DNA of 34,490 nt from an uncultured Ruminococcus sp. (GCA_902793915.1 CADBFJ010000021.1:1-34490); one strand, 5' to 3'. Counted from the stretch's first letter, positions 1 through 9,399 are shown. The notes: generated from the sequence alone by a model not told the origin. Numbers and translations: made by a program.

Positions 1-678
1 AAACCCGCAAAAGAGGAATCCATGAAAAAGGCGGCAGGCTACTACCTTGCTGTCAAAGAGATTGCAAAAGAACGGAATTACCGCTCGATCTCGATCAAGG
101 ACGTGGACGGCATGAAGAAGCTTTGCGGCTTCCCGCCGGCACCGATCTTCATGCTTCTCTCGGAAGACGGATATACGACCATTCCCGAAAACGACAGCCT
201 CGGCGCCGTGACCCAGCTCCTCATGAACAAGCTGACGGGGCAACTCGCAGGCTATCTCGAATTCTACGAATTCTTTGAAAAGAGCGTTCTTGCCGGCGTG
301 CCGGATTTCGTTGCCGCCGATATGGTGGATGGCGACACCTACACGGTGCTTCCCGCCGCGTTCGGACTTCTCGACGAGGGCATTCTCAACGTTTCCAAGG
401 TCAAAACCGGCGTCGTTACGATGTCGCGCCTGACCTACAGCAAGGGCAAATACACCATGCAGATGCTCCTCGGCAACGGCAAAACGCCGCCCAAGTGGGA
501 GGAATGCGGCTGGGATCAGCCTGCGCCTCAACTCTCGGCGCTTGAAATCGAGATCCCCGACGTCGAACGCTTTGCCGAGAACGTTGCCTGCCAGCACTAC
601 ATCATCACCTACGGCGATAACAGAGAAGCGATCCGCAACCTCTGCAAGATCCTCGGCATTGACGTTCTGGAACTTTGA
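1..678 (+). CDS. L-fucose/L-arabinose isomerase family protein, C-terminal half (probably 5'-partial)
   Basis: The translation resembles the central and C-terminal region of FucI/AraA-family aldose-ketose isomerases. The frame is open from base 1 (KPAKEES before Met at 22). An AAGAGGA sits 5 nt before ATG 22, so a start at 22 cannot be excluded. Confidence 0.65.
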   Translation, partial: KPAKEESMKKAAGYYLAVKEIAKERNYRSISIKDVDGMKKLCGFPPAPIFMLLSEDGYTTIPENDSLGAVTQLLMNKLTGQLAGYLEFYEFFEKSVLAGVPDFVAADMVDGDTYTVLPAAFGLLDEGILNVSKVKTGVVTMSRLTYSKGKYTMQMLLGNGKTPPKWEECGWDQPAPQLSALEIEIPDVERFAENVACQHYIITYGDNREAIRNLCKILGIDVLEL

Positions 679-689
679 GGAGGCGCCGC

Positions 690-1394
690 ATGTACAAGAA
701 TTACAAAATCCGCGCCCCTTATTTTGAGATCGGCCCCAAATGCTTCATGTGGGGCGAGCGGATGCTGAAGCTTGCCAAAAAGATCGACGAGATCGCTTAC
801 AAATACGACCTTGATGTCATCGTGACGCCGCAGTATGCCGACATTCGTCTGTTGGCCGAGAACACCAAGTATATCCACGTTTACGCCCAGCACATGGACG
901 CGCTCTATCCCGGACGAGGACTCGGTTCAGTGCTTCCCGAATCGATCAAAGAGGCGGGAGCCGTCGGCGTCATGCTCAACCATGCCGAAAAGAAACTGAC
1001 GCTCGATGAGATCAAAGCGACGATCGCGCGCGCCGACGAGGTAGGACTTGCCACCATCGTTTGCGCCGACAGCGTCGAGGAGATCAAACAGGTCGCGCTC
1101 ATGGCGCCCAACCTCATCGTCGCCGAGCCGACCGAACTCATCGGGACAGGAGTTGCGAGCGATATGGGCTACGTCAGAGACACCATCGAGGCGGTCAGAA
1201 AGATTAACCCCGATATCATGGTGCTTCAAGGCGCGGGTATTTCCGGTCCCGACGACGTGGCAAACGTGATTCGCGCCGGCGCACAGGCGACCGGTTGCAC
1301 GAGCGGCGTGTTCAAGGCAAAAGACCCCGAAGCCGCCGCAGAAGAAATGCTCTACACGCTCCGCAAAACATGGGACGAGGTACACGGAAAATGA
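690..1394 (+). CDS. Triosephosphate isomerase family protein (archaeal-type TIM paralogue)
   Basis: GAGGAGG lies 7 nt upstream of ATG 690. The motifs MLNHAEKK (catalytic His region) and VAEPTELIGTG (catalytic Glu region) are typical of archaeal-type TIM. The protein is about 234 aa. Confidence 0.8.
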   Translation: MYKNYKIRAPYFEIGPKCFMWGERMLKLAKKIDEIAYKYDLDVIVTPQYADIRLLAENTKYIHVYAQHMDALYPGRGLGSVLPESIKEAGAVGVMLNHAEKKLTLDEIKATIARADEVGLATIVCADSVEEIKQVALMAPNLIVAEPTELIGTGVASDMGYVRDTIEAVRKINPDIMVLQGAGISGPDDVANVIRAGAQATGCTSGVFKAKDPEAAAEEMLYTLRKTWDEVHGK

Positions 1395-1990
1395 AAGACG
1401 AAACTTTGCGTCTTGCGATGAACGCTTTTGCGATTGAGAGCGAGTCGCTCCTCGAAACTGCAAAAGTCCTTGACGAGAAAGAGTTTACCAAAGCTGTCGA
1501 GGCGCTGGTCAAAGCACCGCGCATCGCCGCGACCGGCTGTGGACACAGCGGCATCGCCGCGCGTCACTTCGCGCACCTGATGTGTTGCGTCGAGCGCCCG
1601 GCGCGCTTCCTCTCGCCCGCCGAAGCACCGCACGGTGCTCTCGGCTTTCTGCAAAAGGGCGACGTCCTCGTTTGGGCGTCGCGCGGAGGCAAAACCGACG
1701 AGCTGACGAAAATCCTGGAAATTGCAAAAGGGAAGGGCGTCACGATCATCGGCGTTACCGAAGCGCTCGATTCTCCCTTGGCAAAGAAATCGGACATTCT
1801 GCTTGCCATGAAGGTGACAAAAGAAACCGATCGCTTTAACTGCCAGGGCACGACGAGCTTTGCCGTGACCAACGCGATCTTTGACGCATTGCAAACCGCC
1901 GTCATGGAGGAAAGCGGCTTTGTCAATGAAGAATTCGCCGTGATCCACCCAAACGGCGCGGTCGGAAAGCGACTGAACAAAAAAGGATAA
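1391..1990 (+). CDS. SIS-domain phosphosugar isomerase (KpsF/GutQ/6-phospho-3-hexuloisomerase-like)
   Basis: The start overlaps the upstream stop as ATGA. The ATGCGHSGIAARHF SIS nucleotide/sugar-phosphate loop is present, followed by a GVTIIGVT segment. Confidence 0.85.
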   Translation: MKDETLRLAMNAFAIESESLLETAKVLDEKEFTKAVEALVKAPRIAATGCGHSGIAARHFAHLMCCVERPARFLSPAEAPHGALGFLQKGDVLVWASRGGKTDELTKILEIAKGKGVTIIGVTEALDSPLAKKSDILLAMKVTKETDRFNCQGTTSFAVTNAIFDALQTAVMEESGFVNEEFAVIHPNGAVGKRLNKKG

Positions 1991-2002
1991 CCTGACCTTT
2001 CT

Positions 2003-2899
2003 ATGAAGAAAAAAGAATTTGCTTTCATCATCGTAGCCGGCCTTATGTGGGGCTCCTCCTGCCTCTTTATCCACGCGCTCTCTCCGCTTGGGTTTAGCGT
2101 AGGGCAGATGGTGTCGGCACGCGGCGTGGTGTCCTTTGTCGCCATGGCGCTTTACGCACTGCTTTTTAACCGAAAGAGTTTTCGGATAAAGCTTTTGGAT
2201 CTGCCGCTTTTCTGTGGCATGGGCGTCCTTCTCTTTGCAACCGCTTATTTCTACTACCTCGGTGTGCAAAGAACCTCACCCTCCACGGCGGCAGTGCTCA
2301 TGTATATGGCGCCTGTCTATGTGCTGATCTTTTCGGTCATCTTTTTTCACGAGCACTTTACGCCGGCAAAAGGCATCTCGATCTTCGTCATGCTCGTCGG
2401 CTGTGCACTCGTCTCGGGGGTCGTCGGGGGCCTTGCCTTCGACTTTGTCGGAATGTTGTTCTCCTTTCTGTCGGGCGTTTGCTATGCGGCTTACAGTCTC
2501 TTTGCAAAGCTTGCGGCAAAACAGGAAAAAGACACGGTATCCCTCTCGATTTATTCTTATTTTGCTATGGCGATCGTTTCGCTTTTCTTTGCAAAACCCG
2601 TGGAAATGGCAGGCTTTATCGCAAAAGAACCGGCAAAATCGATTCCGCTTCTCGTCGGCATCGGTCTTGTGACCTTCGTTATCCCGTATTTTCTCTATAC
2701 CGTTTCGTTTCGGCGTCTGCCTGCCGGAACCGTCTCGGCGCTTGCCGTCTTGGAACCGCTTGCCGCAACGCTTTACAGCGTTTTCTTCCTTGGCGAGCGG
2801 CTGACGGTGGCTTCGGGCATCGGCGTTTTCCTGATTCTTGGGGCGATCGTTGCCCTCGGCATTTTTACCGGCAGAGAGCCAACCAGTACCGAAAATTAA
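2003..2899 (+). CDS. EamA/DMT-superfamily transporter
   Basis: 298 aa and highly hydrophobic, with about 10 predicted TM segments in a two-EamA-repeat architecture. The RBS is weak, so the start is uncertain. Confidence 0.8.
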   Translation: MKKKEFAFIIVAGLMWGSSCLFIHALSPLGFSVGQMVSARGVVSFVAMALYALLFNRKSFRIKLLDLPLFCGMGVLLFATAYFYYLGVQRTSPSTAAVLMYMAPVYVLIFSVIFFHEHFTPAKGISIFVMLVGCALVSGVVGGLAFDFVGMLFSFLSGVCYAAYSLFAKLAAKQEKDTVSLSIYSYFAMAIVSLFFAKPVEMAGFIAKEPAKSIPLLVGIGLVTFVIPYFLYTVSFRRLPAGTVSALAVLEPLAATLYSVFFLGERLTVASGIGVFLILGAIVALGIFTGREPTSTEN

Positions 2900-2929
2900 A
2901 ATTTTACATACAAAAAAGGAGTTTTTATC

Positions 2930-3550
2930 ATGGAATTCAAAGTGTATCAAAAGGAACTCGAACTGCAATCGAGAGGTTGGATCCCGACCTTCCACGACGT
3001 CTCGAAGGAGATCATTGAGATCGTCAAGGCGTCCGGCGTAAAGAACGGAACCGTTTGCATCGCCTCTCACCACACCACCTGCTCGGTCATGGTGCAGGAA
3101 TGCTCGCACGATATCGACAGCTTCGACCTCGAATTCTTACAGCACGACCTGCTCGACATCATGCGCAAACTCGTTCCCGATTTCAAGGAAGAGCACCAGT
3201 ATCGTCATCCCGGCCCGATCCATGCAAAGTTTGGCCGCTTTGTCAACGAGCCCGGCGACTTCACCAGCATGAACACCGACGGACATCTTCGTTCGGTCTT
3301 CTTCGGCAGAAGCGAGACCATGACCATCAAGGACGGCGTTCTGGACGGCGGCGAGTTCGCACACGTCTATTTCGTCGACTGGGATCAGGTCAGAGCAAGA
3401 CGCCGTCAGCTTAACGTCACGGTCATGGGCACGACCGATAAGGTCGAGGACCGCAAGTGGAACAACGGTGAAGTCATCAACACCCTGCACAAGTTCACCG
3501 ATGAAGAAAAGGGCGACGACGTCCACTACACGCTCCAACAGCAGAGATAA
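2930..3550 (+). CDS. YjbQ/UPF0047 family protein (secondary thiamine-phosphate synthase family), extended form
   Basis: AAGGAG RBS. It has the YjbQ-like core (TVCIASHHTTCSVMVQE ... DGHLRSVFFGRSETMTI ... GEFAHVYFVDWD) plus an internal insertion and a C-terminal tail of about 40 aa. Confidence 0.7.
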   Translation: MEFKVYQKELELQSRGWIPTFHDVSKEIIEIVKASGVKNGTVCIASHHTTCSVMVQECSHDIDSFDLEFLQHDLLDIMRKLVPDFKEEHQYRHPGPIHAKFGRFVNEPGDFTSMNTDGHLRSVFFGRSETMTIKDGVLDGGEFAHVYFVDWDQVRARRRQLNVTVMGTTDKVEDRKWNNGEVINTLHKFTDEEKGDDVHYTLQQQR

Positions 3551-3578
3551 AATCGTTCCGAGATAGGAGAATCTTTCT

Positions 3579-4259
3579 ATGAAACTCATTCTTGATACCG
3601 CGAATCTCGAAGATATCCGCTATTTCAACACCTACTACCCGATCGTGGGCGTGACCACCAACCCGACCATCCTCTCGCGCGAGGGCGGCGACATCGTCGC
3701 TCACCTGCACGAGATCCGCAAGATCATCGGCAACAAGGAACTGCACATTCAGGTCACCGAGACCGATTACGATGCGATGGTCAAAGAAGCGAAAGCGATC
3801 GTCAAGGCCTTTGGAAACAAAGAGACCGTCTGCGTGAAGATCCCCGCCACCGATGTGGGTCTGCGCGCCACCAAAGCGCTCGCCGAAGAGGGCTATCGCA
3901 TCACCGTGACCGCCGTCCTTTCTGCGGGACAGGCTCTCCTTGCCGCAAATGCAGGCGCCGCCTACGTGGCTCCCTATGTCAGCAGACTGGAGAACATCGG
4001 TGCCGACGGCGTGGGAACCGTAGCCGAAATTCAGGAGATCTTTGACGCCGCGGGAACCGACACCCAGATTCTTGCCGCCAGCTTCAAGACGGCGCGCGAA
4101 GTGCTCGACGTTGCCCTGACCGGTGCCGGTGCCGCTACCGTTTCTGCCGACGTGATGAAACGCCTCCTGGCACACACCACGACCGATACATCGATCGCGG
4201 GCTTTGCCGCCGACTGGGAAAAAGCATTTGGCAAAAAAACGCTCGGGAGCATGCTCTAA
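3579..4259 (+). CDS. Fructose-6-phosphate aldolase / transaldolase family class I aldolase (TalC/Fsa-like)
   Basis: TAGGAGA RBS. The N-terminus is MKLILDTANLEDI with GVTTNPTIL. The Schiff-base lysine context VCVKIPAT is present. The 226-aa length is typical of the short Fsa/TalC subfamily. Confidence 0.9.
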   Translation: MKLILDTANLEDIRYFNTYYPIVGVTTNPTILSREGGDIVAHLHEIRKIIGNKELHIQVTETDYDAMVKEAKAIVKAFGNKETVCVKIPATDVGLRATKALAEEGYRITVTAVLSAGQALLAANAGAAYVAPYVSRLENIGADGVGTVAEIQEIFDAAGTDTQILAASFKTAREVLDVALTGAGAATVSADVMKRLLAHTTTDTSIAGFAADWEKAFGKKTLGSML

Positions 4260-4265
4260 AACACG

Positions 4266-5312
4266 ATGAAACAATATCTTTTACCCAAGACGGGCAAATT
4301 CTTCAAAGTCAATCTGCACTGTCACACGGTTTGCTCGGACGGCAGGCAGACTCCCGAGGAAGTCAAAGAGTTGTTCAAAGCAAACGGATATTCCGCCGTC
4401 GCGTTCACCGATCACGAGATCATGCTCGATCATTCGGATCTAAACGATGAAGACTTCATCGCCTTGACCGGTTACGAATACGGTCTCGATAAAAACCCGG
4501 TCAACCCCTTTCCCGCGCTCTACGAAGGCGCGCTGATCTCGCGCCAGCACGTGGAAAAGGTGCATCTCAACCTCTATTCCAAAGACCCGCACGATACCCG
4601 CATGGTTTGCTGCGATCTCGATTACATCTGGGGAAACGCCAGAAAGTATCTCGACGAGGCGCGCTATGTGGGGGACCCTCACTACCAGAGAAAATACACG
4701 GTGGAAGGGGTCAACGAGGTCATTCGCGCGGCAAAAGAGCGGAATATGCTTGTCACTTACAATCATCCCAACTGGTCGATGAACACGCGCCATCTCTATT
4801 GCTCGCTCGAAAATCTGACCGCGCTTGAAATTCTGAACGGCGATGCCATGAGCAGCAGCGATATGGCCGACGCGACGCACGTCTATCAGGAAATGATGCG
4901 TGCAGGGAAGCGGATCCTTTGCGTCGGCGGCGACGATAACCACTCGAACGAAGCCAGCGGTCTTGCCTGGACGATGATCAAGGCCGAAAAGCTTTCTTAT
5001 GCCGATCTGATCGACGGGCTGGAACAGGGCAACTGCTACGCGTCAAGCGGCCCCGAGATCAAAGAACTCTATGTCGAAAACGGTAAAGTCACCATCAAAA
5101 CCTCTGATGCGGTAGGCATCTTTCTCCATACCGCGGGCAGACGCACCGACTGCAAAACGGTAAGACCCGGCGAGACGCCTGTTACCGAGGCGACCTTTGC
5201 CTTGCAGTCGCACGACCTTTTGTTCCGGATCTCGGTGCGCGATCTCTACGGCAACCACGCCTACACACGATACTACTATTTTGACGAACTGAAAGAACAG
5301 ATTGTCGATTAA
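4266..5312 (+). CDS. PHP-domain metal-dependent phosphoesterase
   Basis: The N-terminal LHCHTVCSDG ... AFTDHE His-rich motifs match the PHP (polymerase and histidinol phosphatase) fold. The gap to the upstream gene is 6 nt. Confidence 0.75.
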   Translation: MKQYLLPKTGKFFKVNLHCHTVCSDGRQTPEEVKELFKANGYSAVAFTDHEIMLDHSDLNDEDFIALTGYEYGLDKNPVNPFPALYEGALISRQHVEKVHLNLYSKDPHDTRMVCCDLDYIWGNARKYLDEARYVGDPHYQRKYTVEGVNEVIRAAKERNMLVTYNHPNWSMNTRHLYCSLENLTALEILNGDAMSSSDMADATHVYQEMMRAGKRILCVGGDDNHSNEASGLAWTMIKAEKLSYADLIDGLEQGNCYASSGPEIKELYVENGKVTIKTSDAVGIFLHTAGRRTDCKTVRPGETPVTEATFALQSHDLLFRISVRDLYGNHAYTRYYYFDELKEQIVD

Positions 5313-5323
5313 AGGGGAAAGAT

Positions 5324-6580
5324 ATGGATCAAGCAACCGAAATCAAGGAACCTCTATATGGGCGGGACAGAAGGCAAGCGATCCTAGTATTGCTCGCTTT
5401 TCTGATCTACTCGCTCTTGCTCGCGTCAAGATATGCTTTTAGCGCAAGTATCCTTTCGATCGAAGCCTACTACGGCGTCAGCCACGCCGAAGCAGGATGG
5501 GCTTTTACCCTTTTTAACATTTCCTATGGGATCGTTCAGCTCGTTCACACCTTTTTTTGCAAACGCTATTCCAGCCGCTATGTGATCGCGGGGATTTTGC
5601 TTGTGACAGGCGGATTGCAACTGGTACAGTATTTTCGCCCGCCTTTTGTCAGCCTCGCCTATCTTTGGCTTGTTTGTGGGCTTGTGCAATCGGCGTTTTG
5701 GCCGACCTTTATCTACATGCTCAGCCAGGCGCTTGACGAGCGCTACATGAAAAAAGCCGTGCTCGCATTTGGCTTTTCGGCACTCTTCGGCAAGGTTCTC
5801 GAATACGGCGGACGCGCATTGCTCGGCAATGACCGTTTTCAGTTTCTCTTTCTCGGAAACGCCGTTTTGCTTGCCTCTCTCGGCTTTGTATGGCTGTTTG
5901 CCTGCAACAAACTGACGCTTGGCAAAGCAGAACCGCAGAAAGAAGAAAGCACAAATGTGAGCGCCGGCAAAAAGGCGCTTCCGCTCGCTATGATCGTTTT
6001 CCTGACGATCTGTTCTGTTTTGGTCATTCCCGCCAACTTTATCCGGGAAGGCGTTTCCACCTGGATGCCTTCCATATTGACCGAGCAGTTCGGGCAGGGC
6101 GACCGCCTTTCGCTCATTCTTACCATGGCGCTCTCGGTAACGGCGCTTCTCGGGACCTATCTTGCGGTCGGCGTTAATCAGTTGATCAAAAACTATCGCA
6201 CGTTGCTGTTGCTTTTCTTCGCTTGTACGGCACTTTTTGTCGGCGGCGCAATTCTGGCTATGCGGGGCGGGTACACGATCTTGCTTGTGATTTCTGCCGG
6301 CTGTGCGATCTGCCTTGGCAGCGCGATCAACACGGTGCTCATCACCATGTTGCCGCTTGCGATGCGCGATGAGGTCAATTCCGGATTTCTCGCCGGACTG
6401 CTCAACAGCGCCGCTTATGTCGGCGTCGCGGCAAGCACCTATGGCATGGGGTGGATCGCCGATCAGGCAGGCGGTTGGAGTCGGGTGTTCGTTGTTTTGC
6501 TTGTAATGTCGCTTTTCTCGCTGGCACTGTCGGCTGTTAACCTCTTTTTCGGCAAAACGCAGAGCAAAACCGATGCTTGA
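5324..6580 (+). CDS. MFS transporter
   Basis: AAGGGGAAAG RBS. 418 aa with about 12 hydrophobic segments and a central charged loop (KAEPQKEESTNVSAGKK) in a 6+6 MFS arrangement. Confidence 0.85.
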   Translation: MDQATEIKEPLYGRDRRQAILVLLAFLIYSLLLASRYAFSASILSIEAYYGVSHAEAGWAFTLFNISYGIVQLVHTFFCKRYSSRYVIAGILLVTGGLQLVQYFRPPFVSLAYLWLVCGLVQSAFWPTFIYMLSQALDERYMKKAVLAFGFSALFGKVLEYGGRALLGNDRFQFLFLGNAVLLASLGFVWLFACNKLTLGKAEPQKEESTNVSAGKKALPLAMIVFLTICSVLVIPANFIREGVSTWMPSILTEQFGQGDRLSLILTMALSVTALLGTYLAVGVNQLIKNYRTLLLLFFACTALFVGGAILAMRGGYTILLVISAGCAICLGSAINTVLITMLPLAMRDEVNSGFLAGLLNSAAYVGVAASTYGMGWIADQAGGWSRVFVVLLVMSLFSLALSAVNLFFGKTQSKTDA

Positions 6581-6595
6581 CAAACAAAATCAAAG

Positions 6596-6627
6596 AGGCT
6601 TGGATGTTTTCATCCAAGCCTTTTTTT
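6596..6627. terminator. Bidirectional rho-independent terminator between the MFS gene and the convergent AraC gene
   Basis: Stem AGGCTTGGATG / CATCCAAGCCT with loop TTTT, followed by TTTTTT and preceded by an A-rich run. Confidence 0.8.
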
Positions 6628-6632
6628 GTCTT

Positions 6633-7493
6633 TTATTTTTCTTTGATCGATAGATTTGAAACCGGGCTTAAGTCTTTTGCGTCGGTTCTTCGGTATTGTG
6701 ACGGGGTCATGCCAAAACGCGTGCGGAACAAACGAATATAGTTGGAAAGATCGGGGAAACCAGATTCCACGCAAGCGTCTGTTACGCTTCTGCCTTCGCG
6801 CAAAAGCTCTCTCGAATAGGCAAGCCGACGGTTTTCCAAATAGGTTTTCGGCGTCATCTGAAAATACTTGCGGAACAGCTCGCGCAAACGAAAAGAGGAA
6901 ATGTGATATTTTTCCAGAAAATAAGAAAGCTCGTGAACCTTTGAGAGGTTCTTTGAGATGTCGTCCAAGATCATTTGGAGTTCCTCGGGGAGCTTTTCGC
7001 CCTTTGCGGGCGTTCCGAGGCAATCGTGCCAAAGAGAGAGAAGTTTTACCATGGCGGCGTATTCGGCGAGCGGCTCGTTCTTTTCATAAAGAGAGACAAG
7101 CGCCGCGGCTGTGTCGAGGATCTCGAGCCGCGCTGCTTCGCTTGCAGGGGAGAGCAGATTTTGTTTCTTTGCTCCCGTGTGTAAAAAATCTCCAAAGAGA
7201 AATTCCGAATCCGAGCGGAACCAAAAGCAGTAATGCTTGTGCACCGTTTCTTTGTTCAGTACACAGTTGTGGACTTCGTTCGGGCGCGACAGCACCGTGT
7301 CTCCCGGCTGCAGGCGGCAGAGGTTTTCCCCCACGAGGAAGGAAACGTCTCCCTCCATAAGCAGATAAAATTCAAGACAATCATGAATGTGCGGCGCAAA
7401 GCGCTCGCTGTGCAGTTCCGATCCGTCAAGACAGTAGTATTGTAGTTCAGTCTGCGAAAGCCCCGGAATTTCTACGGTAGAATACTCGTTCAT
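6633..7493 (-). CDS. AraC family transcriptional regulator (cupin sensor domain plus HTH)
   Basis: The start is at the Met of MNEYSTVE, preceded by GGAGGAG. An N-terminal cupin-like HIHDCLEFYLLMEGD segment is present. The C-terminal dual HTH (YLENRRLAYSRELL ... SNYIRLFRTRFGMTPSQYR) is typical of AraC/XylS regulators. Confidence 0.9.
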   Translation of the reverse strand: MNEYSTVEIPGLSQTELQYYCLDGSELHSERFAPHIHDCLEFYLLMEGDVSFLVGENLCRLQPGDTVLSRPNEVHNCVLNKETVHKHYCFWFRSDSEFLFGDFLHTGAKKQNLLSPASEAARLEILDTAAALVSLYEKNEPLAEYAAMVKLLSLWHDCLGTPAKGEKLPEELQMILDDISKNLSKVHELSYFLEKYHISSFRLRELFRKYFQMTPKTYLENRRLAYSRELLREGRSVTDACVESGFPDLSNYIRLFRTRFGMTPSQYRRTDAKDLSPVSNLSIKEK

Positions 7494-7586
7494 TGGCTCC
7501 TCCGTGTTTTGAGAAGGTTTACAACAACATTCTACCACATTTTTTTAAAAATGGGATAAAAATATGCATTTTTTAAAAAATCTCAC

Positions 7587-7636
7587 AAAAAAAGTACGGA
7601 GGAAACTTTTGCAAAAGCTTCCTCCGTACGATTTTT
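7587..7636 (-). terminator. Long hairpin terminator ending the pduL/NifU-like/GGGtGRT operon (also has a T-run on the plus strand)
   Basis: GTACGGAGGAA (7594-7604) pairs with TTCCTCCGTAC (7619-7629), with an inner CTTTTGCAAAAG palindrome. It is flanked by an A-run at 7587-7593 (a T-run on the minus strand) and by GATTTTT on the plus strand. Confidence 0.8.
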
Positions 7637-7643
7637 GATTGTC

Positions 7644-8657
7644 TTATTTCTGCAGTGCTTCCTGGATAGCGACTGCAACTGCGACGGTCATACCGACCAT
7701 CGGGTTATTGCCGGCACCGATGAGTCCCATCATCTCAACGTGAGCGGGGACCGAGGAGGAGCCTGCGAACTGTGCGTCGCTGTGCATTCTGCCCATGGTA
7801 TCGGTCATGCCGTAAGAGGACGGACCTGCTGCCATGTTATCGGGGTGGAGGGTACGACCCGTTCCGCCGCCCGATGCGACCGAGAAATACTTAAATCCGT
7901 TCTCCACACACCACTTTTTGTAGGTGCCTGCGACCGGGTGCTGGAATCTGGTCGGGTTGGTGGAGTTACCGGTGATCGAAACGCCGACCTTCTCGAGCTT
8001 CATAATGGCAACGCCTTCGGGGACGTTGTCAGCGCCGAAGCAACGGACGTTGGCTCTGGGACCCTTGGAGAAGGGCACGGTCTTTACGACCTTCACGGTT
8101 TCGGTGTAGGGATCAAACTCGGTCTGGCAGTAGGTAAAGCCGTTGATGCGCGAGATAATGTAAGCGGCGTCTTTTCCAAGACCGTTGAGGATCACGCGCA
8201 GGGGCTTGTTGCGAACCTTGTTGGCGTTGAGCGCGATCTTGATCGCGCCCTCTGCGGCTGCAAAGGACTCATGTCCTGCGAGGAAGCAGAAACATTCGGT
8301 CTCTTCGGAGAGGAGCATTTTGCCGAGGTTGCCGTGCCCCAAGCCGACCTTGCGGTTTTCGGCGACCGAACCGGGGATGCAGAAGCTTTGCAGACCGATG
8401 CCGATGTTGGCGGCAGCGGTTGCGGCGCTCTTGTCGCCGGTGCGTTCAGCCTCTTTCAGCGCGATTGCCGCGCCGACCGTGTAAGCCCACTTTGCGTTCT
8501 CAAAGCAGATGGGCTGGGTTTCCTGCACGATGGTGTAGGGGTCGATGCCGACCTTGTCGCAAATGGTTTTGCATTCGTCGATCGACGAAATGCCGTATTG
8601 TTTCAGGACGCCGAGAATCTTGGCTTCCCGTCTTTCATAACCTTCAAACTGTGCCAT
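7644..8657 (-). CDS. GGGtGRT-family protein (function unknown)
   Basis: GGAGG RBS. 337 aa. A literal GGGTGRT motif is encoded at 7851-7871. The length and motif match the family named GGGtGRT. Confidence 0.9.
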   Translation of the reverse strand: MAQFEGYERREAKILGVLKQYGISSIDECKTICDKVGIDPYTIVQETQPICFENAKWAYTVGAAIALKEAERTGDKSAATAAANIGIGLQSFCIPGSVAENRKVGLGHGNLGKMLLSEETECFCFLAGHESFAAAEGAIKIALNANKVRNKPLRVILNGLGKDAAYIISRINGFTYCQTEFDPYTETVKVVKTVPFSKGPRANVRCFGADNVPEGVAIMKLEKVGVSITGNSTNPTRFQHPVAGTYKKWCVENGFKYFSVASGGGTGRTLHPDNMAAGPSSYGMTDTMGRMHSDAQFAGSSSVPAHVEMMGLIGAGNNPMVGMTVAVAVAIQEALQK

Positions 8658-8673
8658 GTTTCTCTACCTCCTA

Positions 8674-9399
8674 TCAGTCTTTGCGCGGGTCAATGTACTT
8701 CACGGCGCCGTCTTCGGGATTGAATCTGCCGTAATGTCCCATTGCCTTCTTGTATGCTTCGTTGGGTTCCATACCTTTTTTGATGAAGTCGGTCATCTTG
8801 CCGAGCGAGACGAACTCGTAGCCGATGACTTCGTTGTTTTCATCGAGTGCCATGCGGGTGCAGTAGCCTTCGGTCATCTCAAGGTAGCGGACGCCTTTTT
8901 CTTTCGTGCCGTACATGGTACCTACCATCGAACGGGCGCCTTTGCCGAGGTCTTCCATACCTGCGCCGATCACAAGACCGCCTTCCGAGAAGGCAGACTG
9001 CGAACGACCGTAGACGATCTGCAGGAAGAGTTCTCTCATAGCGGTGTTGATCGCGTCGCAAACGAGGTCGGTATTCAGGGCTTCAAGAATGGTTTTGCCG
9101 GGCAGGATCTCTGCTGCCATAGCGGCAGAGTGGGTCATACCCGAGCAGCCGATGGTCTCAACCAGGGCTTCTTCAATGATGCCGTTCTTCACGTTGAGCG
9201 AGAGCTTGCAGGCGCCCTGTTGAGGAGCGCACCAGCCCACGCCGTGGGTATAGGCGGAAATGTCGGAAATCTGTTTTGCCTGGATCCATTTGCCTTCCTC
9301 GGGCAGGGGAGCCGGGCCGTGGTCGCAACCCTTTCTCACCACGCACTGATGTTCTACTTCAGCGCTCATGGCATAGGGGCGTTCACTTACGTTGCTCAT
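8674..9399 (-). CDS. NifU/IscU-like Fe-S scaffold-domain protein with an uncharacterised C-terminal domain
   Basis: AGGAG RBS. It has an IscU-like cysteine pattern (GWCAP..GACKL, GCSGM, LVCDA) followed by about 110 aa that I do not recognise. Confidence 0.75.
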   Translation of the reverse strand: MSNVSERPYAMSAEVEHQCVVRKGCDHGPAPLPEEGKWIQAKQISDISAYTHGVGWCAPQQGACKLSLNVKNGIIEEALVETIGCSGMTHSAAMAAEILPGKTILEALNTDLVCDAINTAMRELFLQIVYGRSQSAFSEGGLVIGAGMEDLGKGARSMVGTMYGTKEKGVRYLEMTEGYCTRMALDENNEVIGYEFVSLGKMTDFIKKGMEPNEAYKKAMGHYGRFNPEDGAVKYIDPRKD

